Source of the DNA: Phormidium sp.
Lineage (GTDB): Bacteria; Cyanobacteriota; Cyanobacteriia; Cyanobacteriales; Aerosakkonemataceae
Direction: 5' to 3'
DNA length: 64,000 bases
Assembly: GCA_051013385.1 (NCBI GenBank)
Contig: CP143273.1
Coordinates: forward strand, 256,001 to 320,000
Shown here: in pieces, positions 32,125-41,832 of the stretch
Layout of the letters: each line of letters starts with the position of its first letter
Numbering within the stretch: position 1 is the first letter of the stretch
The notes under the pieces: generated by a model
Database searches by the model: none
What the model saw: the letters and a program-made list of their open reading frames with translations, nothing else
Told to the model about the DNA's origin: nothing
Position numbers and translations under genes: made by a program

Positions 32125-33558
32125 CTACTCTTGGGGTGCTATTGCATATTCGGATTCGATAGCAGCTTCTCCCGAAATTGGCGTACCAAAAGGTACAATC
32201 AATACTGGTGCCAGGGGTGAAGCTAACAGCATTCGTAAATCTGACGTTGTAACTGCTTTCACCGTATCGATTAAATAACGAATATCTAACTTTACTCGCA
32301 ACTTATCACCATCAATTTTTGCAGCAATTATTTCCTGACCAGAACTAACTGCATTAGTAATTGATGCTCGAATTTGTTGTTGTTCAGAATCAAATTCTAA
32401 CCCTACTGTAACGTGGGATTTATCGCTGTGAGTTGCTAATCTTTCTAATGCCCTAACTAAGGCTAATCGCTCCACTATTATTTGATACTTCAACTCACTT
32501 CTGTAAGGGTCAACAATTTGGTTACATGGTGGGTAATTTCCTTCTAACAACTGAGTTGTCATTTGCCAATTTTGACAACGAAAAGCTACATACTTTGCTA
32601 CCTGTTCTACAGAACCATCATAGTAAATAGAAACCCGCTCTGTCGGGTTTAAATTGCGTTCTAATAGCTTCAATACTTTGGCAGTTACAGTAAATTCTAC
32701 TGCTTCTTCGAGCCAATGATTAGCTTCGTTGTTGCTCTCACTTAATCCTAAAATCATGGCAATTCGATGTCCGTCTGTCGTCCAAATTCTTAGGCGATTA
32801 ATTCCACGTTCTGCATCATAACTAAGTTTAAAGTTAACACCTGTTATAATTCTTTTCGCTTCATTCAAACTGACAGCAAACAAGCTACCTTTAAGTACCC
32901 CTATTAGCGTGCTAGCTGGGATAGAAAATAACTTTTGGTTTACTGGAGGAATTGTGGGAAATTCCCTAGCGATTAATCCTCGAATAACGTGCCGACTTCT
33001 TGGCATTGATAAGGTAGCAGTTATGGATGGTGGTGTGTTTGCAGCTTTGTTACCTTTGGGTATAGTAACTTCACTGTTTATTGTCAGCCGACCTTGAGGA
33101 AATTTTCCTAATATATCAGCTAATATGGTAACAGGTAATGTCAGAGAACCTGGTTGATTAATTGTGGCATCAAAGCTAACTTGCATTCCAAATTCTAGGT
33201 TGTATGCAGTCAATTGTAATTGTTGGGAATTCGGCTCGGCTTCAATCAGAATGTTGCACAATATCGGATGGTTATTATTGTTAGGAACGATCGCTTTTAG
33301 TACCTGTACGTAATCATTGAATTCTCTAGAATTGCAAATCGCTTCTACTGGTGTTGGTGGAGGGAATATTTCAGAGGTTTGTTCGGTTTGGGATGAAATA
33401 ATTTCTAACGGTTCAGTTGGTTTAGTTTGGCTAGTGGAGGTAGTTTTTGAACTTTTTTGTCGTTTTTTAGCACTATCTACATTTGACCGTTCTGGGGACG
33501 TTACACTAGAGTCAACTGTTTTGGCTCTAACTGATTTTTTCAGTCCAATTCTTGTCAT
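32125..33558 (-). CDS. dnaN: DNA polymerase III beta sliding clamp, divergent copy with N-terminal extension
   Basis: HPILCNILI, LTAYNLE, EFPTIP, TTDGHR, LLEGNYP and YLID motifs; low-complexity 70-aa N-terminal extension; not next to dnaA. Confidence 0.85.
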   Translation of the reverse strand: MTRIGLKKSVRAKTVDSSVTSPERSNVDSAKKRQKSSKTTSTSQTKPTEPLEIISSQTEQTSEIFPPPTPVEAICNSREFNDYVQVLKAIVPNNNNHPILCNILIEAEPNSQQLQLTAYNLEFGMQVSFDATINQPGSLTLPVTILADILGKFPQGRLTINSEVTIPKGNKAANTPPSITATLSMPRSRHVIRGLIAREFPTIPPVNQKLFSIPASTLIGVLKGSLFAVSLNEAKRIITGVNFKLSYDAERGINRLRIWTTDGHRIAMILGLSESNNEANHWLEEAVEFTVTAKVLKLLERNLNPTERVSIYYDGSVEQVAKYVAFRCQNWQMTTQLLEGNYPPCNQIVDPYRSELKYQIIVERLALVRALERLATHSDKSHVTVGLEFDSEQQQIRASITNAVSSGQEIIAAKIDGDKLRVKLDIRYLIDTVKAVTTSDLRMLLASPLAPVLIVPFGTPISGEAAIESEYAIAPQE

Positions 33559-33668
33559 AATTCTCGCAATTTAATGGTTCGGTTTATCGCTGCGATAGCA
33601 GTGGTTATTATGAGGAAATGTGGAATAGAGAGTAGCGAATCAAAGTTACCTACTCCCTACTTCCTTAA

Positions 33669-34434
33669 TTAAAAAAGTGTCATTTGTCGTGGTAGTAATC
33701 GCTCAATTCGGTGAGGTTGATGAGCGACAAACAATAGTCTTTTTTTACATCTGGAGCCAGACACATACCACAAACGATGATACTCCTTTAATTTCTGTTT
33801 TCTGCTCTCATCATTTCCTACCAATAAGCGAGTGAAAAGGTCATCCCCATCTATTCCTACTTCATCAAAAGTACTTCCTTGTGAATTATGTACCGTCAGA
33901 GCAAAACAATTATCGACTTCGGCAAACAAATCATCTTTGAACCAATAATATTTGCGCCACAAGAAACCATTTCGTTTGGCACTTTTTAGCTTTTGTTCTA
34001 GTTCTGCTTCGTAGCGGTTGGATTAGGATTCATGCCGCACAAAAATCTGCCGCATTATTCCCTCATCGGTAACAATTTTTAGCAGCCATACTCGGTAGCC
34101 ATAATGTTGATTACCCTAAAAGTTGATGGATTGTCAAAAAGTCTACTCCGATAATTTGGTGCTGTGCAGCCATCTTTTTCAGGATATTAACTGCTTTGTT
34201 TGTGGGCGCACTCAAAGCAATTCTTTTGCCTTGTTGTAGCAGTTCTTTGATGAATTGAATGATGATTGTCGATTTTCCGGTTCCGGCATATCCACATAAC
34301 AGAAATATTGTGTTTGGGCTAATCAAAAATTCTTTTACTTGTTGGATAGCTTTTGATTGTTGTGGGGTAAAAGTAAACTGGTGTGATTCGCTTGTTTGGG
34401 TTAGGTTGAGTAAATTTTGGCTCATTGATTTCAC
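33669..34434 (-). pseudogene. RecD/Dda-like SF1B helicase with large internal deletion and stops
   Basis: N-part LCGYAGTGKST...APTNKAV...TIHQLLG*; C-part FALTVHNSQGSTFDEV...WYV; the middle motifs are missing and the linking frame has a TAA. Confidence 0.8.
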
Positions 34435-34520
34435 TCAATTACTATTTCTTCAACCTTTGATTTAAGCGCTAGCTTACTTTAGTTGGCTCTCTTGAGAAAA
34501 GATAGCGGATTACTCATATC

Positions 34521-34817
34521 ATTAGTTAGCACTTCTGCCATATTTCGCAGTCGCAAAGTTGCTAACTCAAATGGACGCTGAAAACCTTTACCACCTGCCA
34601 ATTTGAAGAATGAGCCTTTAATTGGCGGCAGGGGGGCAGCCCGTACAATTTCTTCATCGTCAATTAACTGAGGTGCTTTTGCGTCGCCTTTATATCCGCG
34701 AAACACTTCTGCCAAAGTCCCTGGACTACCAATTCCAGCACACATTAGCATTAGGTTGAGCCAAGCATTTGCACCAGGCGATAAACCAGGTAGTTTGAGG
34801 GATAAACCTGAATATAG
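34521..34817 (-). pseudogene. Internal fragment of an AhpC/TSA-like (peroxiredoxin-like) gene
   Basis: NAWLNLMLMCAGIGSPGTLAEVFRGY...FQRPFELATLRLRNMAEVL, recognised from memory; both ends missing. Confidence 0.55.
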
Positions 34818-35009
34818 ATAATTACCTGTCATATCTATACTTACTTCTTCTATTTGCGCCAAAACTTTTTCTCCCCATTGCTGCATAACTTTCTCGATTT
34901 CTACCTGTTTTCTTGCTGGCACTAATCCAATTAACTTATGGGTTTCTAAGTCTACTAAGACTACGATAAACTTGCCTTGCCCTTTGACTAAACTAATTTC
35001 ATCTATTCC
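34818..35009 (-). mobile_element. ISL3-family transposase fragment
   Basis: GIDEISLVKGQGKFIVVLVDL...IEEVSIDMTGNY, the first two catalytic Asp regions of ISL3 DDE transposases. Confidence 0.8.
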
Positions 35010-35907
35010 TATAGATAATTGGGTTAACGCTGCGGTTAATTTCCTCGTTGACAACTTTCGTCCGATCTTCCAAGCGATTCGCGTCCCGATTAAATTCACG
35101 CTTGACGCTATAGAAGCGATGTTCCAATCCATTCCTCCCCTAATTTTCCTGATGATTATCGGGTTGATGGCATGGCAAGTGGCAGGGAGAAAAATTGCGA
35201 TTTATAGCATCGCTGCCTTGACTTTAATTGGTTTTGTTGGGGCATGGAAGGAGGCAATGGTGACACTTTCTTTGGTGGTGACTGCGGTAGCATTTTGCGT
35301 GGCGATCGGTATTCCCATCGGTATTGCCTGTGCCAGGAGCGATCGCGCTTCGGGATTTGTCCGACCCCTCCTCGATATCATGCAAACCATCCCCATCTTC
35401 GTCTATCTGGTTCCTGTTGTCATGCTATTTGGCATTGGTAAAGTTCCTGGGGTGATGGCAACTATCGTCTTTGCACTGCCGCCTCTGATTCGCCTCACGA
35501 ACCTTGGTATCCGGCAAGTCTCTGAAGAGGTGGTGGAAGCGGCGATCGCTTTTGGGTCAACTCCTTCGCAAGTCCTGTGGGAAGCCCAAATTCCCCTAGC
35601 TATGCCGACGATTCTCACGGGGTTGAACCAAACTATTCTGTTTGCATTGGGAATGTCGGTGGTAACATCAATGATTGCTGTGCCTGGGCTAGGATTGATG
35701 GTGTTGCAGGGCGTTGGTCGTCTGGATGTGGGACTGGCTGCTGTGGGAGGATTGTGCATTGTCTTGCTGGCGATTATGCTCGATCGGATTACTCAGGCTT
35801 TCGGGAAAGTCAACGGTAGAGGTTCTTGGCGGCAACAAGGACCGATCGGTTTTCTGCTTTCCAGATTAAGAGTTAAAAGGCGCGATCGCTCTCAACAAAC
35901 AGGATGA
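34972..35907 (+). CDS. proW: Glycine betaine/proline ABC permease, native 5' end apparently replaced
   Basis: RPLLDIMQTIP, PPLIRLTNLGIRQV and EAAIAFG (EAA loop); first codons derive from the antisense of the ISL3 fragment. Confidence 0.8.
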   Translation: MPCPLTKLISSIPIDNWVNAAVNFLVDNFRPIFQAIRVPIKFTLDAIEAMFQSIPPLIFLMIIGLMAWQVAGRKIAIYSIAALTLIGFVGAWKEAMVTLSLVVTAVAFCVAIGIPIGIACARSDRASGFVRPLLDIMQTIPIFVYLVPVVMLFGIGKVPGVMATIVFALPPLIRLTNLGIRQVSEEVVEAAIAFGSTPSQVLWEAQIPLAMPTILTGLNQTILFALGMSVVTSMIAVPGLGLMVLQGVGRLDVGLAAVGGLCIVLLAIMLDRITQAFGKVNGRGSWRQQGPIGFLLSRLRVKRRDRSQQTG

Positions 35908-37055
35908 AAAACTTTCTTCCCCCACACCCCACACCCGATTTTCAATATAGATATCAATCAAAGCTGACTAACCCAATGATAAGGAAACAACACAGAAAAA
36001 AACAAACTTTTGCAATAGCAGTAGCCTTGCTTGTAGGTTTAATTGCCTGCCAATCAACTCCCGAAAGCGCTACAAAATCTTCAGGCAGCACTCAATCAAC
36101 AGAAATAGGATTACCTGGTAAAGGGGTGAAAGTACGCCCTGGCTCTGGTACTTCAGTAGCCGGACAATTTGTTTCAGAAATCATTCGTATTGGGTTAGAA
36201 AAGCTGGGTTACGAAGTCGAAGAACTAAAGGTACTTAATATAACCGCCCTGTTTCTTGCTCTCGGTAATGACGAAATAGATGTTGCTCCCACTTTAGAAA
36301 GGTTGCATACCAACTTCTTTGAAAAAGCTGGTGGTGAAAAGAAACTGGCAGTTGTTGGGATGTTTTCTTCTAGTGATATTATTCAAGGCTATTCGATTGA
36401 TAAGAAGACTGCCGAGCAATATAAAATTACGAACCTTGTGCAACTTAAAGACCCAAAAATTGCCAAATTGTTTGACTCAGACGGAGATGGTAAGGCAAAT
36501 TTAACGGGTTGCAATCCCGGTTTAGCCTGTGAGCTGATTATTGATCATCACTTGAAAGTTTACGGATTAGAGAACACCGTCAAACAGGATAAAGGAGAAT
36601 TGGAAGTTCTCAAGGCAGATATTATTGCTCGCTATCAGCAAGGAAAACCGATACTCTATAGCAATTGGAATCTTGATTGGTTGACTTCAGTGTTACAAAC
36701 TGGTGCAGATGTAGTTTGGTTAGAAGTTCCCTTTACCTCTTTACCAGGAGAAAAGGGAAAAGAAATGACACAAAAAGATACCACGGTAAGCGGGAAGAAT
36801 CTTGGATTTGCCGTGGATAGAGCGCGTCTTGTGGCTTCCCGGCAATTTTTGTCAGCTAACCCATCCGCCAAACGTTGGTTTGAACTGGTTCGGGTTCCTT
36901 TTGAGGATATTATCACCCAAGAAAAACTTGCCCGTGAGGGTCAAAATCGCTCAAAAGATATCCGTCGTAATGCTGAAGAGTGGATGAAAAACCATCAAGC
37001 GCTGGTTGATGGTTGGCTAGAAGAAGCCCAAACTGCTGGAAAAGCTGCTAAATAA
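35904..37055 (+). CDS. proX: Glycine betaine-type ABC substrate-binding lipoprotein
   Basis: LIAC lipobox; QGYSIDKKTA, FDSDGDGKANLTGCNPG and VVWLEVPF; start may be the Met near 35977. Confidence 0.88.
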   Translation: MKNFLPPHPTPDFQYRYQSKLTNPMIRKQHRKKQTFAIAVALLVGLIACQSTPESATKSSGSTQSTEIGLPGKGVKVRPGSGTSVAGQFVSEIIRIGLEKLGYEVEELKVLNITALFLALGNDEIDVAPTLERLHTNFFEKAGGEKKLAVVGMFSSSDIIQGYSIDKKTAEQYKITNLVQLKDPKIAKLFDSDGDGKANLTGCNPGLACELIIDHHLKVYGLENTVKQDKGELEVLKADIIARYQQGKPILYSNWNLDWLTSVLQTGADVVWLEVPFTSLPGEKGKEMTQKDTTVSGKNLGFAVDRARLVASRQFLSANPSAKRWFELVRVPFEDIITQEKLAREGQNRSKDIRRNAEEWMKNHQALVDGWLEEAQTAGKAAK

Positions 37056-37158
37056 TTTTAACTCCTCTGATGGACAGAAAGAGGAATTGGTCTAACGGGG
37101 CGCTTGTCGCCCCGTAACTGTTGCAGAGTATAAATTCGATCAAATTATAGTACAAAAA

Positions 37159-37190
37159 GATAGGTCAATCATTGTCAATAAGACCTATCT
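37159..37190. terminator. Putative bidirectional terminator hairpin
   Basis: GATAGGTC...GACCTATC inverted repeat between convergent proX and the LLM gene. Confidence 0.45.
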
Positions 37191-37246
37191 ACTAAAAAGG
37201 CTCAAAGTCCCGATAATGGCTGGCAAACGCTCCTAGTAGGACACCC

Positions 37247-38344
37247 CTAAATTTCAGCAGAAAATTCAAGCTGCTCCATCACACGCACGCGAGGTACGAC
37301 GTTTTTACAAAAATTTTGCATCTCAGCAAGCATTGGCCAACCTGACAAAATAAATTCGCTAACACCTGCCGATTTATAAAGCATGAGTTCGTTTGCTACT
37401 TCATCAAAACTTCCTACCAGCGCCAATGCTGCTCCTCCACGATAAGGCACGGCCCCACTCCACAGATTCGGGCCGAGCCACTCTGAGTTGGCTTTTTCTG
37501 CTAATTCATAAGTAGACTTATAAGCAACTGAATCTGACTTCTGAATCATCTTGCTCATAAACTCCTTCCACTTGACATCTGAACTTTCTACAAGCCGAAA
37601 TGCTGCTTCAATAGCCTCTTCACGTGTTTGACGTGCAATGACTGACATCCGAAGTCCTGTGCGAATCATCGCTACACCGTTGCTCTGAGCGATCAAATTG
37701 TTACTTTCAGCAATTTTTTCTGGCGTATCACCGTACCTCAGCCAACATTGTGCATGTTCAGATGCCGTATGATTGGCAATCTTGGAATTACCACTTAGGT
37801 ATATTTTGGGCTGACGAACTCCCAAATTAAGCGAGGTAAACTTGGTGCTTAGCTGAGCGTCTTTTAGTTGGTAATACTTTCCTGCATAGTTCAATGAGCT
37901 TGTCGCATTCCAAAGACCTGAGCAAATTTCGAGATACTCGGCTGCTCGCTCGAATCGCTCATCATGCGAAAGAAAGTCCCCATAATACGCTTGCTCAACA
38001 GGATAAGCTCCACATATCATGTTGAGGCTGACCCGGCCATTTAAAAGATGCGAGAGCGTATTAACTTGCTGAACAAAAAGTGTTGGCGACATCAGACCCG
38101 GACGATAAGCCAGCATGAATCCTACTCGCTCGGTATGCGCTGATAGCCTTCCTAAAAGTACCATCGGATCAGGTATGTGAAAACTAAAGGCTGTTAATAA
38201 AGACTCGATTGGGAGTTTGTCAGCGCAACTGACAAACTCCAGATGAGTCTCAAGATTAATTCCGCCCGAACTATTTGCCTGAGATTCATTTTTCTTGGCT
38301 AGTTCAAGGGATAATAACCAATGAAATTCTAATTGATTCGACAT
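37247..38344 (-). CDS. LLM-class flavin-dependent monooxygenase (SsuD-like)
   Basis: LAYRPGLMSPT, GRVSLN, YGDFLSHDERF, ALVGS and FILSGWP motifs. Confidence 0.88.
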   Translation of the reverse strand: MSNQLEFHWLLSLELAKKNESQANSSGGINLETHLEFVSCADKLPIESLLTAFSFHIPDPMVLLGRLSAHTERVGFMLAYRPGLMSPTLFVQQVNTLSHLLNGRVSLNMICGAYPVEQAYYGDFLSHDERFERAAEYLEICSGLWNATSSLNYAGKYYQLKDAQLSTKFTSLNLGVRQPKIYLSGNSKIANHTASEHAQCWLRYGDTPEKIAESNNLIAQSNGVAMIRTGLRMSVIARQTREEAIEAAFRLVESSDVKWKEFMSKMIQKSDSVAYKSTYELAEKANSEWLGPNLWSGAVPYRGGAALALVGSFDEVANELMLYKSAGVSEFILSGWPMLAEMQNFCKNVVPRVRVMEQLEFSAEI

Positions 38345-38433
38345 ATTTGATAGCACCTTCAGTAATTAGTTTCACAGGATTTATATAGGTCTAAGAGGAT
38401 GTTTGGAAAGTCAAATATTCTTTTGCTCAACTC

Positions 38434-39408
38434 TCATAGGGATTTATCGCTCACGTTTTGAGTCTGCCATTCATACACCCAATACTCCAGTTCTTCAGCT
38501 CGCTGGTATCCTGCGATATCCAGGGACTCAAATATCTGATCGCCAACCGGAAAAAATCCACCAACTGCTATATAACCCTCGCGATAAGCTAACAGGCGCA
38601 ACTCATGTAGGAGAGTTGTCAACCCTTCAGCTACACCATTAACGTAACCAAGCCACAAAGTTTGATGAGCGCCTTTCCACAATGCTTCATTAACTCCTTC
38701 AAGGTAATCAATGGTATGGACAGGCATCTGAATAGCTAAAGCGAATATTTCATTGCCCTGCTTTAGTCCCCACACTCGTCCTTCGTTGAGGTGATTATTC
38801 AGTTGCTCGCAAGTTAGTTCTTGCCACTTAGTGGGGTCATTAAGGTAAAGATACGACTCTCGTGTAAACAAGTTACAACTTGTGACTAATGCCCAAGCCT
38901 CATCAAAATCATCAATATCTAGATGTAACAGTTGTTTTACAGGAGAGTTTAGAGAGTCAGCTTTATAAGGAAAATAGCGACCGACTTTTTGACGACGTTG
39001 CCACTTACTATACTTGTCTATGAAAACATTACTGGAGCAGGTAGAATAGCGTAAAATATTGATGTTTGTTTCTACAAAGAATCGCTCTATATGCTGCTCC
39101 AAAGTCAATAGCAGATGCAAACCTAGACCCTGCTGTCGATAATGAGGAGCTACTCGCAGACCTTGATACCAAGCTTCTCGCTCAGACATCAAGACGAATC
39201 CTAAAATGCCTATCGGTAAACTATCTATTTCAACTACAAAGACCCGACTGTTGGGGTCAGCTAACCACTTGTTCCAACCCAAGGGGAGAAAGTCTGATGA
39301 GTGTTGCCATGTCTGTTGGCAAATAGCCAGCACCGCCTCTTTGTCTTCAGCTCGTGCTAGGCGCACTTTTAGGTCAGTAATTATTTCTGTCCTAGCTTTC
39401 AATTCCAT
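38434..39408 (-). CDS. GNAT acetyltransferase with C-terminal extension
   Basis: GLRVAPHYRQQGLG motif; overlaps the upstream PLP gene. Confidence 0.85.
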   Translation of the reverse strand: MELKARTEIITDLKVRLARAEDKEAVLAICQQTWQHSSDFLPLGWNKWLADPNSRVFVVEIDSLPIGILGFVLMSEREAWYQGLRVAPHYRQQGLGLHLLLTLEQHIERFFVETNINILRYSTCSSNVFIDKYSKWQRRQKVGRYFPYKADSLNSPVKQLLHLDIDDFDEAWALVTSCNLFTRESYLYLNDPTKWQELTCEQLNNHLNEGRVWGLKQGNEIFALAIQMPVHTIDYLEGVNEALWKGAHQTLWLGYVNGVAEGLTTLLHELRLLAYREGYIAVGGFFPVGDQIFESLDIAGYQRAEELEYWVYEWQTQNVSDKSL

Positions 39409-40568
39409 TTTTGCAATCCTTTCTTTAGTAATTCAATTCCCTCAAGGATAGTTTCAGTTGGATAGCCAAGAGGAATTCTGACGTACCCGTCAGGAGAGGC
39501 TCTAAAAGTTCCAGAAGTTACCAGAACCAGCCCAAATTCAGTCAACATAAAGTCGGCAAATTCTTCAATATCTCGAACGGGAAGTTTGACAAAATACTGA
39601 AGTCCCCCTGCGGGATGCTCAAAGGCAATTTCAATCATCTTCGATAAAGCAGCACCAACAATTTCTCTATTCTTAACTACCCGTTCCACTAAGGATTGAT
39701 TGCCTCGTTTCAGAATTTTTAGCGCTTGTTGTTGAGCGGGAGAGCAGATCCCTAGGCTTTCAATCGTTAACAAAGCTGTTAACGATTGAATGTTATCCGA
39801 ACTAGAAATAATCCAACCAATTCTAAGCCCAGGAGCGGAAAAATTTTTACTCATCGAGTTGACTACATAAAGATTTTTCCAATTCCCTTGCAGGGATAGA
39901 GGCTGGATGAGCTGATTTTCTTCAAAAACAAACTCATCATAAACTAGGTCTGCAATTAAACTAGCTTGACAGCTTTGGGCTAACTGCAAAAGCTTTCTAA
40001 GGCAATCTTCTGAAAAAATTTCTCCTGTGGGATTGTTCGGGGTGTTGACAAATATGACTCGAAGATTGTCTGTGACTTTTTCTTGTAAGCTAGACCAGTC
40101 TATCTGATTGTTTTCTAACGAGAAGTATTCAACCCTATAACGGCAAGTTTGTAATAGTTCTGCAATGCACCAAAATATAGGTGCTTGACACAGTGCTACA
40201 GCACCGGGACGGTAGAGAGAACGAAAGATGAGAGACAATCCATGTAAAGCACCATTGGTTACTAGCGCTTCCGAAGGTTGTACGTTGAGGTAATACTTAG
40301 AAAATTCCCGGTAACAAATGGCTTCGATGAGTTGGGAACTTCCCTGAGTCAATGGGTAATTTCCTACAAATGATAATTCACAGTTAAAATCATCAAACTC
40401 CGTTTCTAACCATTGAGACGTGTTGCCAGTTATATTTATGGGATGTTTAATGAAACGATGAGCGTACTGGAGTCTTTGTACGACCAGAGAGGTAGGGGAA
40501 TTTAAATCAACAACTCTATTTAAAAACCTAAACAATGGACGAAACCTTTGGCCAGTAAGCATTAGCAA
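39399..40568 (-). CDS. PLP-dependent fold-type I (class I/II aminotransferase-like) enzyme
   Basis: VTNGA, NTPNNPTG, DLVY and SMSKNFSAPGLRIGW; start uncertain. Confidence 0.88.
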   Translation of the reverse strand: MLMLTGQRFRPLFRFLNRVVDLNSPTSLVVQRLQYAHRFIKHPINITGNTSQWLETEFDDFNCELSFVGNYPLTQGSSQLIEAICYREFSKYYLNVQPSEALVTNGALHGLSLIFRSLYRPGAVALCQAPIFWCIAELLQTCRYRVEYFSLENNQIDWSSLQEKVTDNLRVIFVNTPNNPTGEIFSEDCLRKLLQLAQSCQASLIADLVYDEFVFEENQLIQPLSLQGNWKNLYVVNSMSKNFSAPGLRIGWIISSSDNIQSLTALLTIESLGICSPAQQQALKILKRGNQSLVERVVKNREIVGAALSKMIEIAFEHPAGGLQYFVKLPVRDIEEFADFMLTEFGLVLVTSGTFRASPDGYVRIPLGYPTETILEGIELLKKGLQKWN

Positions 40569-40589
40569 AAATAAGGTGCGGTTGCCCTA

Positions 40590-41741
40590 TTAATCCTCGT
40601 CAATTGGATTGTCAAATCCGTACTCTTCAAGTTGGCTATCCCGTCGTATATCGCAGGTGACGCAGTGAAATGAGCCGCCAAAACTATAGACATGACGAAA
40701 AGCAACCGGAATGACTTCAAATCCTAAATCTTTGAATAATTTATGCATTGGCTCTTCTTGCTTTTCCACGATTACCCGCTTGGGATCTAATATCAAGATA
40801 TTCATGGACAACCACGGGCCTGAACTATAAAGTGGATAATTATCGGGAATAGTGGGTTGCACGGCTGTCACAACATCCCATCCGGCTTTCTTAAAAATGT
40901 CGATTTGATAACAGGGTCTGTCGGGATTGGTTAAAACTAATCCAGGTCTTAGGGGTACAAATGTAGCATCTATATGGATTGGGTTTGAATCTCGGAACTT
41001 CAGTATATGAACCCGAAAGCGTTCACCCAGATGATTTCTGAGCCAAGTAATGCCTAGTTTATTGGTAACTTGACTGCGCTGAACAAATAAGTCTCGTCCG
41101 CAACGAGTAATATCAGCAGCATCAAAGCAAGGTTCAAACTCAGTTGTTACAAAACGCCCAAGTTCTGCTAGTGCGTACCGATCTTCAACAGTTTCCATAG
41201 GATAGTCAAAGTCATACAATTCATCGCTCATTAAAGGTTTGGGAGCAGTCGTCCATTTAGCACCCTGTTTCAAATATTCCTTCATTAAAGACCGATAAGC
41301 TCGATATTCAAAAAACCTTGATCGCCACGCCATTGGCGCTTCAATAATCTCATTGCCGATAACAGTTAGTATATCTCGCGGCATAACGGCATGCAGACCT
41401 GTGGCTTCAAAATCTGGAGTTTTATAGCTCTCAGAAAAATCAATAATATCCGGTCGCCTTACAGTTACCCCTTCTCCTTCCAAAACCCGGCAAAACTCCT
41501 CCAATTCCTTTGATGCTGGTTCTATCATTTCTTGAGGGTATGGACAACCACCATACTTTTGGAAAAACCACCAGTTTTTAGGATTTGAACTTGCTTTGAG
41601 GGGAACATCGAACTGAGGAACACAGGCTCCCTCAACGCGACCCACAATAATTTCTTGCAGCGTATCCCATTCATTGTAGCTATTAACTATTGGCAGGGTT
41701 TTAGTGGAAGTCAAGCTTTTGGGATGATCGTTTTTCAACAT
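40590..41741 (-). CDS. L-arginine amidinotransferase (AGAT-like)
   Basis: [32 protein letters not shown] and GGSFHC (Asp-His-Cys triad). Confidence 0.95.
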   Translation of the reverse strand: MLKNDHPKSLTSTKTLPIVNSYNEWDTLQEIIVGRVEGACVPQFDVPLKASSNPKNWWFFQKYGGCPYPQEMIEPASKELEEFCRVLEGEGVTVRRPDIIDFSESYKTPDFEATGLHAVMPRDILTVIGNEIIEAPMAWRSRFFEYRAYRSLMKEYLKQGAKWTTAPKPLMSDELYDFDYPMETVEDRYALAELGRFVTTEFEPCFDAADITRCGRDLFVQRSQVTNKLGITWLRNHLGERFRVHILKFRDSNPIHIDATFVPLRPGLVLTNPDRPCYQIDIFKKAGWDVVTAVQPTIPDNYPLYSSGPWLSMNILILDPKRVIVEKQEEPMHKLFKDLGFEVIPVAFRHVYSFGGSFHCVTCDIRRDSQLEEYGFDNPIDED

Positions 41742-41832
41742 TATATTGTCCTCGTAATAAAATACCTTTGCAAAAACTGGGCTTAAAAATGCTCATGTCT
41801 TACGGAAGCATGAATATTTTCTATTTCTCAAA

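Noticed and set aside
34479..35132. 217-aa ORF as a real novel protein
   Set aside because: Chimera of proW antisense, an ISL3 fragment and a peroxiredoxin-like fragment.
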